Assembly (NCBI GenBank): GCA_947631045.1
Contig: CANRJV010000003.1
Span: 1-52,150, forward strand
From: an uncultured Bacilli bacterium
Lineage (GTDB): Bacteria; Bacillota_I; Bacilli_A; RF39; UBA660
Length of the DNA stretch: 52,150 nt
Direction: 5' to 3'
The translations under genes were made by a program, and so were the position numbers. The notes under the pieces were generated by a model, which was given only the letters and a program-made list of their open reading frames with translations, had not been told where the DNA came from and searched no databases. Position 1 is the first letter of the stretch, and each line of letters opens with the position of its first letter. Shown piece after piece: positions 20,763 to 31,465 of this stretch.

Positions 20763-21380
20763 ATGCGCAAAAGATTTAGGGTGATGCTAAGGATTATTTT
20801 AGTTTTAATTGTTCTGATATCAATTGTTTTAGTGGCTTATCTCTTTGTTCCTCGTGAAGCCGAAACAGTTTATAAAGAAATAGATAAAATTGAAAAATAT
20901 GGCTATATTTTAGAAGATCGTGATTCAGAATTAATGCAAGATACTTTTTCTAAATTAAAGGATGTTTTAGCCAAAGATGAGATCGATTATAATTTATATG
21001 CCGAATATTTAAGTGAATTATTTATAATTGATTTATTTACTTTAGAAAATAAAAATAATAAATATGATGTTGGTGGTAAGGATTATGTTTTACCGGAGGC
21101 AGAAGAGAATTTTGAATTAAATGTTGAAGATACATTATATAAGTATTTAGAAAGTAAAGATGGTAATTCTAGGGGTGGAGAATATCCGCAAGTTACCAAT
21201 ATTAGTCTTACAAGTATAGAAGAGACAAAATATTCTTATAATAAAGAAGAAAGTGATGGTTATAAATTAATCCTGGAATGGGATTATGATAAGGATTTAG
21301 ATTATCCAAACAAAGGTGAAGTAATCGTGATGTTAAAAGATGAACACCTTTATGTAGTAAGTTATAAAGGAGTAGAATAA
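20763..21380 (+). CDS. Membrane-anchored hypothetical protein
   Basis: N-terminal TM, acidic ectodomain, co-oriented between ltaS and LCP. Confidence 0.7.
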   Translation: MRKRFRVMLRIILVLIVLISIVLVAYLFVPREAETVYKEIDKIEKYGYILEDRDSELMQDTFSKLKDVLAKDEIDYNLYAEYLSELFIIDLFTLENKNNKYDVGGKDYVLPEAEENFELNVEDTLYKYLESKDGNSRGGEYPQVTNISLTSIEETKYSYNKEESDGYKLILEWDYDKDLDYPNKGEVIVMLKDEHLYVVSYKGVE

Positions 21381-21384
21381 AAAG

Positions 21385-23205
21385 ATGTTTAGAAGGTTAA
21401 AAAGACTATTATATACTAGTAGAAAAAATTTTATAATCTATTTAATTACAATAGTTCTTTTTATCCTTTCTTTTTCTTTATTTAGTTTATCATTAATTAA
21501 ATTAACAGGGATTGAAACTCTAGCCCGAATTTTAATTATTTTCTTTGTTGTTTTATATGGTATGTTTTATGCCTATAAAGGATATTTATATATGGTTAAT
21601 AAAAATAAAGTAAAATTCATTTTACTTACTTTTTTGACCTTTATAATATCCCTTATTCTACTTGTGGTCTTTTATGTTTTTAATACCGTTTATGGTGAAA
21701 TAGATAATTTAATGGAAAAAGATAATACAATTTATACTGGTTATTTAATTAGTCTAAAAGAAACAGAGAAGATTAAAAACGTTGGTATTATTGATAATGA
21801 AGAAGATGTTGAAGGTTATAAAATAGCTAAAGATATTATTAAAGATAAAAAACTAGATTATGAATTAAAAGATTATTCTTCTTACGAAGATATGTTATAT
21901 GATTTATATAATGGTATTATTGAAGGGGCTTTTGTTCAAAGTAATTATTTGGCTTATTTTAGCTCTAACGATGTTGATAATGTTTTCCATGATATTGAAA
22001 CCAAAACGAAAATTGTTTATAAGAAAAGTATCAAAGAAAAGAATAACGATTTAAGTTTAAAAAATAATAAAACTTTAAAAGAACCATTTACGATGCTTTT
22101 ACTAGGAGTGGATTCAACTGAAGATACAATGGATGCGGCAAGTTCATTTAATGGGGATACTTTAATGCTTGTTACTTTTAATCCTAATACTTTAAATGCA
22201 ACAGTCTTTAGCATTCCAAGAGATTTATATGTTCCTATCCATTGTCGTAAAGGTAAGGAAGCCAAGATAAATTCTTCTAGTGCAGGTGGTGTTACTTGTG
22301 TTATTGATACGATTAAAGATTTAACCGGTATTGATGTCGATTATTATGCTAAAATTAATTTCAAAGGTGTCGTTGATTTAGTCGAAGCCCTTGGAGGTAT
22401 TGATGTCGATGTAACTTATAAATTCTGTGAGCAGGATAGTAATCGCAGTTTTGTCAATATGATTTGTCTTGATAAAGGTTTCCAACATTTAAATGGAGAA
22501 GAAACCTTGGCTTATGCAAGACATCGTCATAGTCTTCCTGGCGGCGATTTACAAAGAATTCAAAATCAACAATTAATTGTCGAGGCTTTGGCTAAAAAAT
22601 TAATGACTTTAAATACTTTAACCGATTTCAAAGATATTTTAGGATCTATTAGTAAGAATGTAGTTACTAATTTATCTAGAGAGCAAATCCTTTCTAGTTA
22701 TAACATTTTAAAAGATGTAGTTATTAGTCTTTTAAAGGATAATGTGGCTATAACTGCCGAGAAAGCTTATTTAGAGGTTTACGATTTAAGAGTATATAAT
22801 CCGGGTTCTAATACCTATAGTGCGGCTTTAGGTTATTATGATAAAAGTTTAGATGACATTGTTCAAATGATGCGAATTAATCTAGAAAAAGAAAGTGCCA
22901 AACCAATTAAAGAGTTTAGTTTTGATGCTAATAGTGTATATGAAGTGAAAGTTGCAGGTAAAGGCTTAAAAGGAGAAATTAAAGATGAAATGGTTCCCGA
23001 TTTTACGGGTAAAATGGTAAGTGATGTAGAGTCTTGGGCAAGCGCGCGCAATATTGAAGTAAATATTGAATATGCTACTTCTGAAAATGGCAAATACAAT
23101 CCTGAGATTGAAGTTGGTTTAATCGCTTCTCAAAATATTAAAGCTAACTCAAGTATTAAAAATGTTAGTAGTATAACAATATATATTAATTCAGTTATTG
23201 AATAA
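21385..23205 (+). CDS. LCP (LytR-CpsA-Psr) family protein with C-terminal PASTA-like segment
   Basis: LLLGVDS, DTLMLVT, SIPRD, LVEALGGIDV, LAYARHR, R..NQQ; VPDFTG. Confidence 0.9.
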   Translation: MFRRLKRLLYTSRKNFIIYLITIVLFILSFSLFSLSLIKLTGIETLARILIIFFVVLYGMFYAYKGYLYMVNKNKVKFILLTFLTFIISLILLVVFYVFNTVYGEIDNLMEKDNTIYTGYLISLKETEKIKNVGIIDNEEDVEGYKIAKDIIKDKKLDYELKDYSSYEDMLYDLYNGIIEGAFVQSNYLAYFSSNDVDNVFHDIETKTKIVYKKSIKEKNNDLSLKNNKTLKEPFTMLLLGVDSTEDTMDAASSFNGDTLMLVTFNPNTLNATVFSIPRDLYVPIHCRKGKEAKINSSSAGGVTCVIDTIKDLTGIDVDYYAKINFKGVVDLVEALGGIDVDVTYKFCEQDSNRSFVNMICLDKGFQHLNGEETLAYARHRHSLPGGDLQRIQNQQLIVEALAKKLMTLNTLTDFKDILGSISKNVVTNLSREQILSSYNILKDVVISLLKDNVAITAEKAYLEVYDLRVYNPGSNTYSAALGYYDKSLDDIVQMMRINLEKESAKPIKEFSFDANSVYEVKVAGKGLKGEIKDEMVPDFTGKMVSDVESWASARNIEVNIEYATSENGKYNPEIEVGLIASQNIKANSSIKNVSSITIYINSVIE

Positions 23206-23334
23206 GCAGTTTAATTAAAGCTGCTTTTTTTGTCGAAAATTGGTGAAAAAATAGAAGTTTTGACAACGTTTGTCGAAAGTGTTGAAAAGAATAAAAATAT
23301 CCGTAAAATAGAGACCTCGAAAAGAGGTGAAATT

Positions 23335-24198
23335 ATGCCCACTATGGTGAATAAAAAATTTTATGATCTAAAATATGATTTAGTTTTTAAAAGTATTATT
23401 GTAGATGATAATGATTATACTATCATGAATAATATCTTGTCGGATATCTTAGAAAAAGAAGTAAAAGTCAAAAGATATTTAAATAGTGAATTAAAAATAA
23501 AGAATAAGAAAATAAAAGGAAAAAGATTAGATATAATTGCAGAGACAACCGAAGGAGTTCTAATAAATATCGAATTAAATATAAATTATGATAAAAATAT
23601 TAAAGAAAGGAATTTAAATTATTATGCTACATTATATACAGAAGGATTAGAAAAAGGAAATGAATATATAGAGATAAAAGAAATAATCCAAATCAATTTA
23701 AATTTTAATGAAGGGAAAAATAAGACTTTAAAAGAAGAATACTTACTTCGGAATAAAGCAGGAAAGATATTAGTGAAAAATTTTAGAATCATCAATGTGA
23801 ATATTGCAGGATATAAGGAAAAATGGTATGATAAAAATATCAAAGGAGATAAGAGACATATCTACTTAACAATGCTGGGATCAAATAAAGAAGAGATAAA
23901 AGAATTAGCGAAAAAAGATAAGAAAGTAAAAGAGGTGGAAGAAAAGATGTTAAAATTTAATGAAGATGGAACAATAACAAATTTAATGACACCAGAAGAA
24001 GAGGATGCCTTAATGGAGAGAATAATAAGAAGAAATGCTTACGAAGATGGAGTTAAAAAGGGTATGAAAATGGCATCTAAAGATACTATAAAAAATACTG
24101 CTATTTCGATGATAGAAAGAAACTATCCATTAAAAGATATTTCTGAAATAACAAAATTAAGTATAAAAGAATTAAAGAAATTGCAAAAAGAAAAATAA
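23335..24198 (+). CDS. Rpn/PD-(D/E)XK nuclease family (transposase_31/PDDEXK_2-like)
   Basis: DLVFKSI, RLDII..INIE, ERNLNY, C-terminal A..M....I..IT.LS..E; ATG 23335 after GAGGTG. Confidence 0.8.
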   Translation: MPTMVNKKFYDLKYDLVFKSIIVDDNDYTIMNNILSDILEKEVKVKRYLNSELKIKNKKIKGKRLDIIAETTEGVLINIELNINYDKNIKERNLNYYATLYTEGLEKGNEYIEIKEIIQINLNFNEGKNKTLKEEYLLRNKAGKILVKNFRIINVNIAGYKEKWYDKNIKGDKRHIYLTMLGSNKEEIKELAKKDKKVKEVEEKMLKFNEDGTITNLMTPEEEDALMERIIRRNAYEDGVKKGMKMASKDTIKNTAISMIERNYPLKDISEITKLSIKELKKLQKEK

Positions 24199-24273
24199 TA
24201 TACGGTTTAAAGGCTTTTTTATTTTTCATTTATTTATCACAATTATGTTATACTATTTTTATAGGTGGTTTTC

Positions 24274-24933
24274 ATGAATATTTTAGTTGTTGATGATGAA
24301 GAACTAATAAGAAGTGTTATTAAAGAATATTTAAATCTTGATGGGTTTAAAGTTTATGAAGCAGAAGATGGTGAAAAAGCCATTGAGATAGTTAAAAATA
24401 ATTCTATAGATTTAGTTATTATGGACATTATGATGCCGAAAATGGATGGTTATACGGCTTGCAAAGAGATAAAAAAAGAACATGATATTCCTTTCATTAT
24501 GCTTTCAGCTAGAAGTGAAGAATATGACAAACTTATTGGCTTTGATTTAGGAATTGATGATTATGTAACTAAACCTTTTAGTCCGAAAGAATTAGTAGCA
24601 AGAGTTAAAGCCGTTATTAAACGAAATGCTAAAGAAAACACTTTAGTTTTGGCAGGTATTAAAGTCGATGATTTAGCCCATGAAGTTTATGTCGATGATA
24701 AGTTGATAATGTTAACTCCTAAAGAATATGATTTACTAAAATATTTAATAGAAAATAAAAATATTGCTTTGTCACGAGAAAATTTATTATCAAATATTTG
24801 GGGTTATGATTTTTATGGGGATGATCGGACAGTTGATACCCATATTAAAACTTTAAGAGCAAGATTAGGAAAATATCGGGATGTCATTAAAACCGTAAGA
24901 GGAATGGGTTATAAAATTGAAGATAAAAAATAA
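24274..24933 (+). CDS. OmpR/PhoB-family response regulator
   Basis: ILVVDDE, DIMMP, DDYVTKPFS, LTPKEYDLL, RTVDTHIKTLR. Confidence 0.95.
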   Translation: MNILVVDDEELIRSVIKEYLNLDGFKVYEAEDGEKAIEIVKNNSIDLVIMDIMMPKMDGYTACKEIKKEHDIPFIMLSARSEEYDKLIGFDLGIDDYVTKPFSPKELVARVKAVIKRNAKENTLVLAGIKVDDLAHEVYVDDKLIMLTPKEYDLLKYLIENKNIALSRENLLSNIWGYDFYGDDRTVDTHIKTLRARLGKYRDVIKTVRGMGYKIEDKK

Positions 24934-26302
24934 GTTAAAAGGTATTGAATTTAAAACACTTTTATTTATCCTTTTATTTAATGTGGGGATAATTCTTTTT
25001 ATCTGGTTTTATATGTCAGTGGGCTATAATACATTATATAAAAAATTTCAAATAAGAAAATTAAATGAAATGGTTAGCATTTATACCCAAAGTAATGAAG
25101 ACACTTATGTTTTGTCGGAAAAACTAGCTTACGATAATGAAGTATGCATTAGTGTTTTTAATGAAGATAATGTAACATTTAATTATAATACAATGCAAAA
25201 TGGGTGTATGCTAAAAGATAGAAATAAAACATTAAATAAAATTATTAATGATTTTATTAGTTCCAAAGATATAAGTAACTATTACCAAATATTTAATCCT
25301 CTTACAAGAACAAATGGCATATTATATGCGATTAAAACAAATAATAAAAATGTTTTTATCTATAGTAATTTAGAGAGTGCTTCTAATTTTGTTAGAGTTT
25401 TTAAAGGTCAATTAATTTATTTTGTTTTTCTTATGATTGGTTGTTCTGTTTTAATATCTTTATTTATTGCCAAGAAAACTACGAAACCAATTAAAGAAAT
25501 AACTAAAAAAGCGAAAAATATTGGTTTAGGAAAATATGATAATAAATTTCCGAAAAATGGCGTTTTAGAAATTGAAGAATTATCTCAAACTCTTGAAGAA
25601 GTTCAAAGAGAATTAAAAAAGAGTGATGAAATTAAAAGAGATTTAATGGCTAATGTTTCCCATGATTTGAAGACACCTTTAACAATGATTAAAGCTTATG
25701 CCGAAATGATTAAAGATATTTCTTATAAGGATCCCCAAAAAATGCAAGAACATTTAAACATTATTATGGAAGAAGTTGATCGTCTTACTAATTTAGTTAA
25801 TGATATTTTAGAACTTTCCAAAGTTCAAAATAATGAATATCTTTATAATTATGAAAAATATGATTTAATTAAAGAAGTAAAAAAGATAATTAAAAGATAT
25901 GAAGTTATGGAATATTTAGAAAATTATAATTTTATTTTAGAAATGCCGAAAAAAGTTATAGTTAATGCGGATAAAGATAAAATTAATCAAGTTATCTATA
26001 ATCTTTTAAATAACGCTATTAATTATACTGGTAAAGATAAAGTCGTAAAAATAAAAATAACTAAAGAAGAAAAAGATTATTTAGTTGAAGTAATTGATAC
26101 TGGCAAAGGCATTAAAAAAGAAGAACTTCCTTACATATGGGATAAATATTATAAAAATGAAAAGAATCATCAAAGAAATATTGTTAGTACGGGTTTAGGT
26201 TTATCCATTGTTAAAGAAATTCTTAGTAAGCATAATTTTGAATATGGTGTAAATACCCAAATTAATAAAGGGTCGACATTCTATTTTAAGATACCTCTTT
26301 AA
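24917..26302 (+). CDS. Sensor histidine kinase (HAMP-HisKA-HATPase)
   Basis: Two TMs, ANVSHDLKTPL, NLLNNAINY, DTGKG, GLGLSIV. Confidence 0.95.
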   Translation: MKIKNKLKGIEFKTLLFILLFNVGIILFIWFYMSVGYNTLYKKFQIRKLNEMVSIYTQSNEDTYVLSEKLAYDNEVCISVFNEDNVTFNYNTMQNGCMLKDRNKTLNKIINDFISSKDISNYYQIFNPLTRTNGILYAIKTNNKNVFIYSNLESASNFVRVFKGQLIYFVFLMIGCSVLISLFIAKKTTKPIKEITKKAKNIGLGKYDNKFPKNGVLEIEELSQTLEEVQRELKKSDEIKRDLMANVSHDLKTPLTMIKAYAEMIKDISYKDPQKMQEHLNIIMEEVDRLTNLVNDILELSKVQNNEYLYNYEKYDLIKEVKKIIKRYEVMEYLENYNFILEMPKKVIVNADKDKINQVIYNLLNNAINYTGKDKVVKIKITKEEKDYLVEVIDTGKGIKKEELPYIWDKYYKNEKNHQRNIVSTGLGLSIVKEILSKHNFEYGVNTQINKGSTFYFKIPL

Positions 26303-26412
26303 AATTTCTTTTGTTCCTCACTAAATTAACATAAACATTCAGTATGATAATAATGTAAGGAGGAATGATAAAAGTTATAATATCTTAAATCTACAAACTC
26401 ACACTAAAAAAT

Positions 26413-26437
26413 AAAGGAACGATTATTGTTCCTTTTA
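26413..26437. terminator. Intrinsic terminator
   Basis: aaaggaac-gattatt-gttcctttt. Confidence 0.7.
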
Positions 26438-26836
26438 CTTTTCAATAAATATTTTTCTTGTAATAAAGTTATATATCATGACAATAAATGTCGCAATAAT
26501 TTTGGCAATTAATTTATGAATTTGCATTAGTTCAACAGATAGATAAAGAATTAGAGAATTTAATATTAAGCCAATAACACTTAAAATAACAAAGATAATA
26601 AATTCTTTAGGCCCTTGCTTTTTCTTAACATCAAATACCCATTTAATACTTAAAATATAGTTAAAAATAACTGATAAGGTAAAAGATATTACGGAAGCGA
26701 TGATGTAATAAACATTAAAAGCCGAAATAAGGAGAGTATAAATACCATAGTCGATTAAAAAGGCAAGACCTCCTACGACGCCAAATTTCAGAATTTGTTT
26801 TATTAAATTATTATTTAGTAATTTTTTAATCATCAT
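26435..26836 (-). CDS. GtrA family flippase-like protein
   Basis: KFGVVGGLAFLIDY, FNYILS.KWVF, NFITRKIF. Confidence 0.9.
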   Translation of the reverse strand: MMIKKLLNNNLIKQILKFGVVGGLAFLIDYGIYTLLISAFNVYYIIASVISFTLSVIFNYILSIKWVFDVKKKQGPKEFIIFVILSVIGLILNSLILYLSVELMQIHKLIAKIIATFIVMIYNFITRKIFIEK

Positions 26837-27752
26837 GTCTCCTCAAAGAATTTAAATATAATTCATACATTTGCTTATGTTTTTTGGCAATAACTTCCAG
26901 AATAATTCCTGTAATCCAAAGAAGTAAGGCAATAACTAATGATATGGAAGCAACAATTAAGCTGGGAAATTTTAAAACTAAACCAGTTTTAAAGTATTCG
27001 ACAAAAGGAGGAATGCCTAAAATGAAAGTAATTATTAAGAAAAATAAAGCAATGATATTAAAAAATAGCCCAGGCTTATATTCTTTAAATAAGGTTTCAA
27101 TAGTTTTTAAAACTTTGAGTCCATCAGAATAAGTATTAAGTTTGGAAACACTTCCTTCTGGACGATCCCGATAAGTTACAGGTACTTCTTTTATTTTAAA
27201 ATTTTTATCAACGGCATGAATAGTCATTTCCGTTTCAATTTCAAAACCTTTTGATAAGACTGGAAAACCTTTAACAAATTCATAACTGAAGGCTCTATAA
27301 CCAGTCATGATATCTTTAACATTAGTTTTAAAAATTAAATTAATTAGAAATTTAACTAAGTTATTTCCAAAATTGTGAAATAATCTTTTATTTTCTTTCG
27401 CATAAGTACTAGATAGACGATCGCCAACAACCATATCCGCTTTCCCCTCTAAAACTAAATTACACATTTCTTGGGCATGGATAGCGGGATAAGTATCATC
27501 GCCATCAATCATAAGATAACAATCAGCGTCAATATCTCTGAACATACTCCGAATAACGTTACCTTTTCCTTGCCGATATTCATATCTTACAATTGCTCCT
27601 GCTTTTTTGGCAATTTTGTCAGTTCCATCTGTTGAGTTGTTATCATAGACATAAATATCAGCTTCCGGTAAAGCCTCTTTAAAATCTTTAACAACTTTTT
27701 CAATAGTTTGACTTTCATTATAACATGGTATTAATACCGCAATTTTTTTCAT
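26826..27752 (-). CDS. GT2 polyprenol-phosphate glycosyltransferase (DPM1/GtrB-like)
   Basis: IPCYNE, DNNSTD, QGKG, DGDDTY, GFEIETE, two C-terminal TMs. Confidence 0.92.
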   Translation of the reverse strand: MKKIAVLIPCYNESQTIEKVVKDFKEALPEADIYVYDNNSTDGTDKIAKKAGAIVRYEYRQGKGNVIRSMFRDIDADCYLMIDGDDTYPAIHAQEMCNLVLEGKADMVVGDRLSSTYAKENKRLFHNFGNNLVKFLINLIFKTNVKDIMTGYRAFSYEFVKGFPVLSKGFEIETEMTIHAVDKNFKIKEVPVTYRDRPEGSVSKLNTYSDGLKVLKTIETLFKEYKPGLFFNIIALFFLIITFILGIPPFVEYFKTGLVLKFPSLIVASISLVIALLLWITGIILEVIAKKHKQMYELYLNSLRRHDD

Positions 27753-29653
27753 TTTTTACTTCCTTCTTTCTTCGATTCATTTATAGCATTTAAAGTTAAA
27801 CTAATTAAAATGGGTATGGCAAATGTATAACCTAAGGTATAGCGAAAATAAGTATTAACGGGTGAGGCTATACAAACTAAGATGAGTGATATAACGGGGG
27901 TGAAATAGATTAAATATTTATATTTTTTGGCTTTGATGAGAAAAGCAAATAACATCATACATAACCAAGTACAAAAGCCAATACTGACAAGGCTACCAAT
28001 TCCCGGAATATAAGGGAAGGCACTAGCATAAGAACTAAGAACTTTTCTTAAACCTTTCAGGTTATTGTAATGGTAATCAATTTCGCCAGTTCCTTTTAAT
28101 CTTTTATCATAATTAAAGTAAACATACCATTTTTTTTGGTCTGGATAAAAATAACCATAAGTATTATTAATTGTAGCTTCTAAATAAACATTAGGGTGTT
28201 TAAAGAAATCCACAAACCAGACTTTAAAATAGGCTTTTAAATCATCTTTAGTAGCGTATTTATTAAAAGCATTTTTAACGGGGTCAGATATTTCTGGTTT
28301 ATATCTTTCGGATAAAGTATCATAAGTTAAAATCTTATCAATAATTTTTTTCTCATCTTCACTTACTTCATCAGGATATTCTTTAACATATCTGGCTGTT
28401 TGTTGAAAAGGAATTGATAAAACTTCTCTAATACTTCCTGGGGTAACTTTTAAGTAGGGAAGCAAAATATTGGTAAAACTATAATAACAAATAACCGGAA
28501 TTAATAAAGTAAAGATAATCTTTTTAATATTTTGATGGTCAATAAAAAGTAGAAAAGGAAATGACATTAATATTAAATAGATACCATTATTTCTAAATAG
28601 GGTAATTAAAAACATTAAAATAATTAAAATAAATGTATTCTTTTTATTATAATAATCACTACCAGCATATTTAAGACATTCATATAATTTTATTATATAA
28701 AAGATGACTAAAATGGCAAAGATAACATCTTTTAAAGTCGACATAGCATATAAAGGATAAATTGGCACAAAGGCATAAATAATTAAACTAATAATTCGAA
28801 TTAGATATGGTGTATTTAACTTCTTCATGTAATAAATTGTGTAAGAAAGCAAGGATAACAAGAGAATAATTTGGATAATCGAATACATGAATATTCCTGC
28901 GTTAGCACTTCCTAAAGCGCGTCCTAGATAAGTTAAGCCTCCTAGGATAACGGTATGTAAAACGGGATGATGATTAGTAATCGGAACATTTTCATCAATC
29001 ATCACTACATACTCCCGATATTGGGTATCTAAATTAAAAAATTGCTTAATTTGATTTGATGGATCCGGTGATAATATTCCTGGATAAAAAGCGATAATAT
29101 AAGGAAGCCAACTAATAAGCAAAATAATAAAAGTACTTCGAAAAGGATGCTCATTAAAAAGATAATTTAATATTTTATTTTGGGAAACCTTTTCTTCTAA
29201 TTTTATCTTGATAAGAAAATCATAAATTAAATTGATAATCGTTTTAAAAAAGATGAAATAACCACTAAAAATAAAAATAGATAAAATGAATAAAGGAATA
29301 CTACCAAAAATTAAATCCCAACTATTAGTAACACTATAACTATAGCCAAATATCATAAATAAAGAGAATAGAGCTGCTAAAATAATAAAAATAAAACTAT
29401 TCTTTTTATTTTTATTATAATATCTTTTATATAAAAGATAAAAAAATATGACTAAAATTAAAAGCATTAAGGAACCAACTTTAAAAGGGCCGTACATTGC
29501 TAAATTGCTTTCAATACTAGCACTAGTACTTGTAAAAGAAATATTTTTCACAAGTTTATCTAAGTTATAAATATTTAAAGTAAATGAAATAGTTGTTAAA
29601 ATAGCGAAAATAATGAAAAGAATATTTTGCTGAAATGTATTTTTCTTTGCCAT
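27749..29653 (-). CDS. Polytopic membrane protein (DUF6020-like), probable GT-C glycosyltransferase
   Basis: YPG..SPD, NHHPVLHT, KD.IFA, RNNG, SIPFQQTARY; adjacent to GtrA and GT2. Confidence 0.7.
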   Translation of the reverse strand: MAKKNTFQQNILFIIFAILTTISFTLNIYNLDKLVKNISFTSTSASIESNLAMYGPFKVGSLMLLILVIFFYLLYKRYYNKNKKNSFIFIILAALFSLFMIFGYSYSVTNSWDLIFGSIPLFILSIFIFSGYFIFFKTIINLIYDFLIKIKLEEKVSQNKILNYLFNEHPFRSTFIILLISWLPYIIAFYPGILSPDPSNQIKQFFNLDTQYREYVVMIDENVPITNHHPVLHTVILGGLTYLGRALGSANAGIFMYSIIQIILLLSLLSYTIYYMKKLNTPYLIRIISLIIYAFVPIYPLYAMSTLKDVIFAILVIFYIIKLYECLKYAGSDYYNKKNTFILIILMFLITLFRNNGIYLILMSFPFLLFIDHQNIKKIIFTLLIPVICYYSFTNILLPYLKVTPGSIREVLSIPFQQTARYVKEYPDEVSEDEKKIIDKILTYDTLSERYKPEISDPVKNAFNKYATKDDLKAYFKVWFVDFFKHPNVYLEATINNTYGYFYPDQKKWYVYFNYDKRLKGTGEIDYHYNNLKGLRKVLSSYASAFPYIPGIGSLVSIGFCTWLCMMLFAFLIKAKKYKYLIYFTPVISLILVCIASPVNTYFRYTLGYTFAIPILISLTLNAINESKKEGSKK

Positions 29654-29726
29654 AGAATAACTCCTTTACTTAAAATTATTATATCACGTATTTTATTAAT
29701 TACCATATAAAAAGGACTTAATAGTC

Positions 29727-31343
29727 CTATTTTAAAACACTAATAATTGGTGGTAATATTTGTTTCTTTCTAGAAACCATTCCTTCGATGAAATCTCCTT
29801 CTTGGATTTTCTCATTATAAGCTTCTTTTAGAATGTCCTTAGCTTTATCATTAAATAAAATATAAGAGCCATTTTTAAAGATGTCCGTAATTGCTAAAAC
29901 CATAATATCAAAATTTTTATGATTAGCTTCTTTATTTAAAAATCTTATATAACTATTCTTCTGTTTTAAAATAGCTTTAGCATTTAAAGTCGTTACTTGA
30001 CTTACACCAATAAGAGTTTTATCAATAACAAAAGTTTTAAAATCCATATAAATTATTTCTTTTAAATTCTTAGATTTTATAACATCATTGGCTTTAAACA
30101 TTTCAATTGCTAACTTTTCCGGATTAAGATTAGTTATTTTAACTAAATCATTAACTACTCGTTCATCTATTTTTGTGGCTGTTGGACTTTTGAGCATTAA
30201 AGTATCGGATATAATTCCCGCTAAAAGTAAAGATGCAATATCTTCGGGTATTTTAATTTTATTTTCTTTAAATAATTCATGAACAATGGTGCAAGTGCTA
30301 CCGACCGTCATATTTCGAAAATTAATTGGCTCCATCGTTCCTAGAGTGCCTAATTTATGATGGTCAACAATACCAACAATTTTGGCTTCTTCTAATCCCT
30401 CAACGCTTTGGCTCATTTCATTATGATCCACTAAAAATACGCATTTGGGATTACTATCTCTTAAATCAGATAATTTAATTAAACCTAAGCAATGGTTATG
30501 TTTATCAATAATTGGATAATAACTATGCCTTGTTTTATTAACTATTTCATTAAAATCTGAAATATAAGTGTCTTCACTAACACAAACTAATTCTTTCGTA
30601 TAGCGATAACTTTCAATATAATTGGCAAAGCTAATCGTAAGAAGAGTATCATAAGAATTTTTATTAGTATAGATAATATTAACTTTATTTTTCTTAGCGA
30701 GTTCTAAATGTTCATCTTTTATTTTTTTCCCTGAAGTGATAACAATTAATTTTATTTTTTTATTAATGGCGTCTTCAATAATGGAATGTCTGTCCCCAAT
30801 TATTAATATAGTGCGATTATTAAAAATATCACTATTATAGACTGAAGAACTTCTAATGCCAACATTTACTATTTCACCATCAATTTCTTCATCAAATCTT
30901 AATATTTCTATGCCATCAATAGTTTTAAGAATATGATTATAATTAGTTTTTAAAAAATGATTATCGCCTAGAATTTCTTTTTTGGCTATATCTTTCATAG
31001 CAAAAACACCCATAAAAGTTCCGTTTTCATTGATGATAGGAATGGTACTCATATTATTTTCTTGCATTAAGAAAAAGGCATTAAAAACAGATTCTTTAAT
31101 ATTTACCATAAAATTTTTGTGATAATTTATATCTCTTATTTGTAGTTTAACATCATTCAAGATTTCGGGAATAGCAATTTTAAACTTTTTTAAAACATAT
31201 TTAGTCTCATCATTTATTTCTGATAAGATTCTTGGTTCACTATAATTTCCTAAAGCATTTTGCAAATAAGATAAACCAATGGCACTACAAACGCTATCAG
31301 TATCCGGATTTTTATGACCAAAAATATATATCTTGTCTTCCAT
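29727..31343 (-). CDS. ppaC: Mn-dependent inorganic pyrophosphatase with CBS-DRTGG insert
   Basis: GHKNPDTDS, LVDHNE, VDHH, ISDTL, SRKKQ. Confidence 0.95.
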   Translation of the reverse strand: MEDKIYIFGHKNPDTDSVCSAIGLSYLQNALGNYSEPRILSEINDETKYVLKKFKIAIPEILNDVKLQIRDINYHKNFMVNIKESVFNAFFLMQENNMSTIPIINENGTFMGVFAMKDIAKKEILGDNHFLKTNYNHILKTIDGIEILRFDEEIDGEIVNVGIRSSSVYNSDIFNNRTILIIGDRHSIIEDAINKKIKLIVITSGKKIKDEHLELAKKNKVNIIYTNKNSYDTLLTISFANYIESYRYTKELVCVSEDTYISDFNEIVNKTRHSYYPIIDKHNHCLGLIKLSDLRDSNPKCVFLVDHNEMSQSVEGLEEAKIVGIVDHHKLGTLGTMEPINFRNMTVGSTCTIVHELFKENKIKIPEDIASLLLAGIISDTLMLKSPTATKIDERVVNDLVKITNLNPEKLAIEMFKANDVIKSKNLKEIIYMDFKTFVIDKTLIGVSQVTTLNAKAILKQKNSYIRFLNKEANHKNFDIMVLAITDIFKNGSYILFNDKAKDILKEAYNEKIQEGDFIEGMVSRKKQILPPIISVLK

Positions 31344-31465
31344 TGCCAACCACCTTCTAAAAAATTATAGCATAGAAATAGCAATTTTTCATTATTTAAA
31401 GGTTAAATTCTATATTTTGACAAAATATACTTGGAAAATTTGTTATATTATTATTGGTGAATATT

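Noticed and set aside
23335-24198. Rpn gene as a bounded transposon
   Set aside because: No terminal inverted repeats or target duplication found; only atypical A-rich composition.
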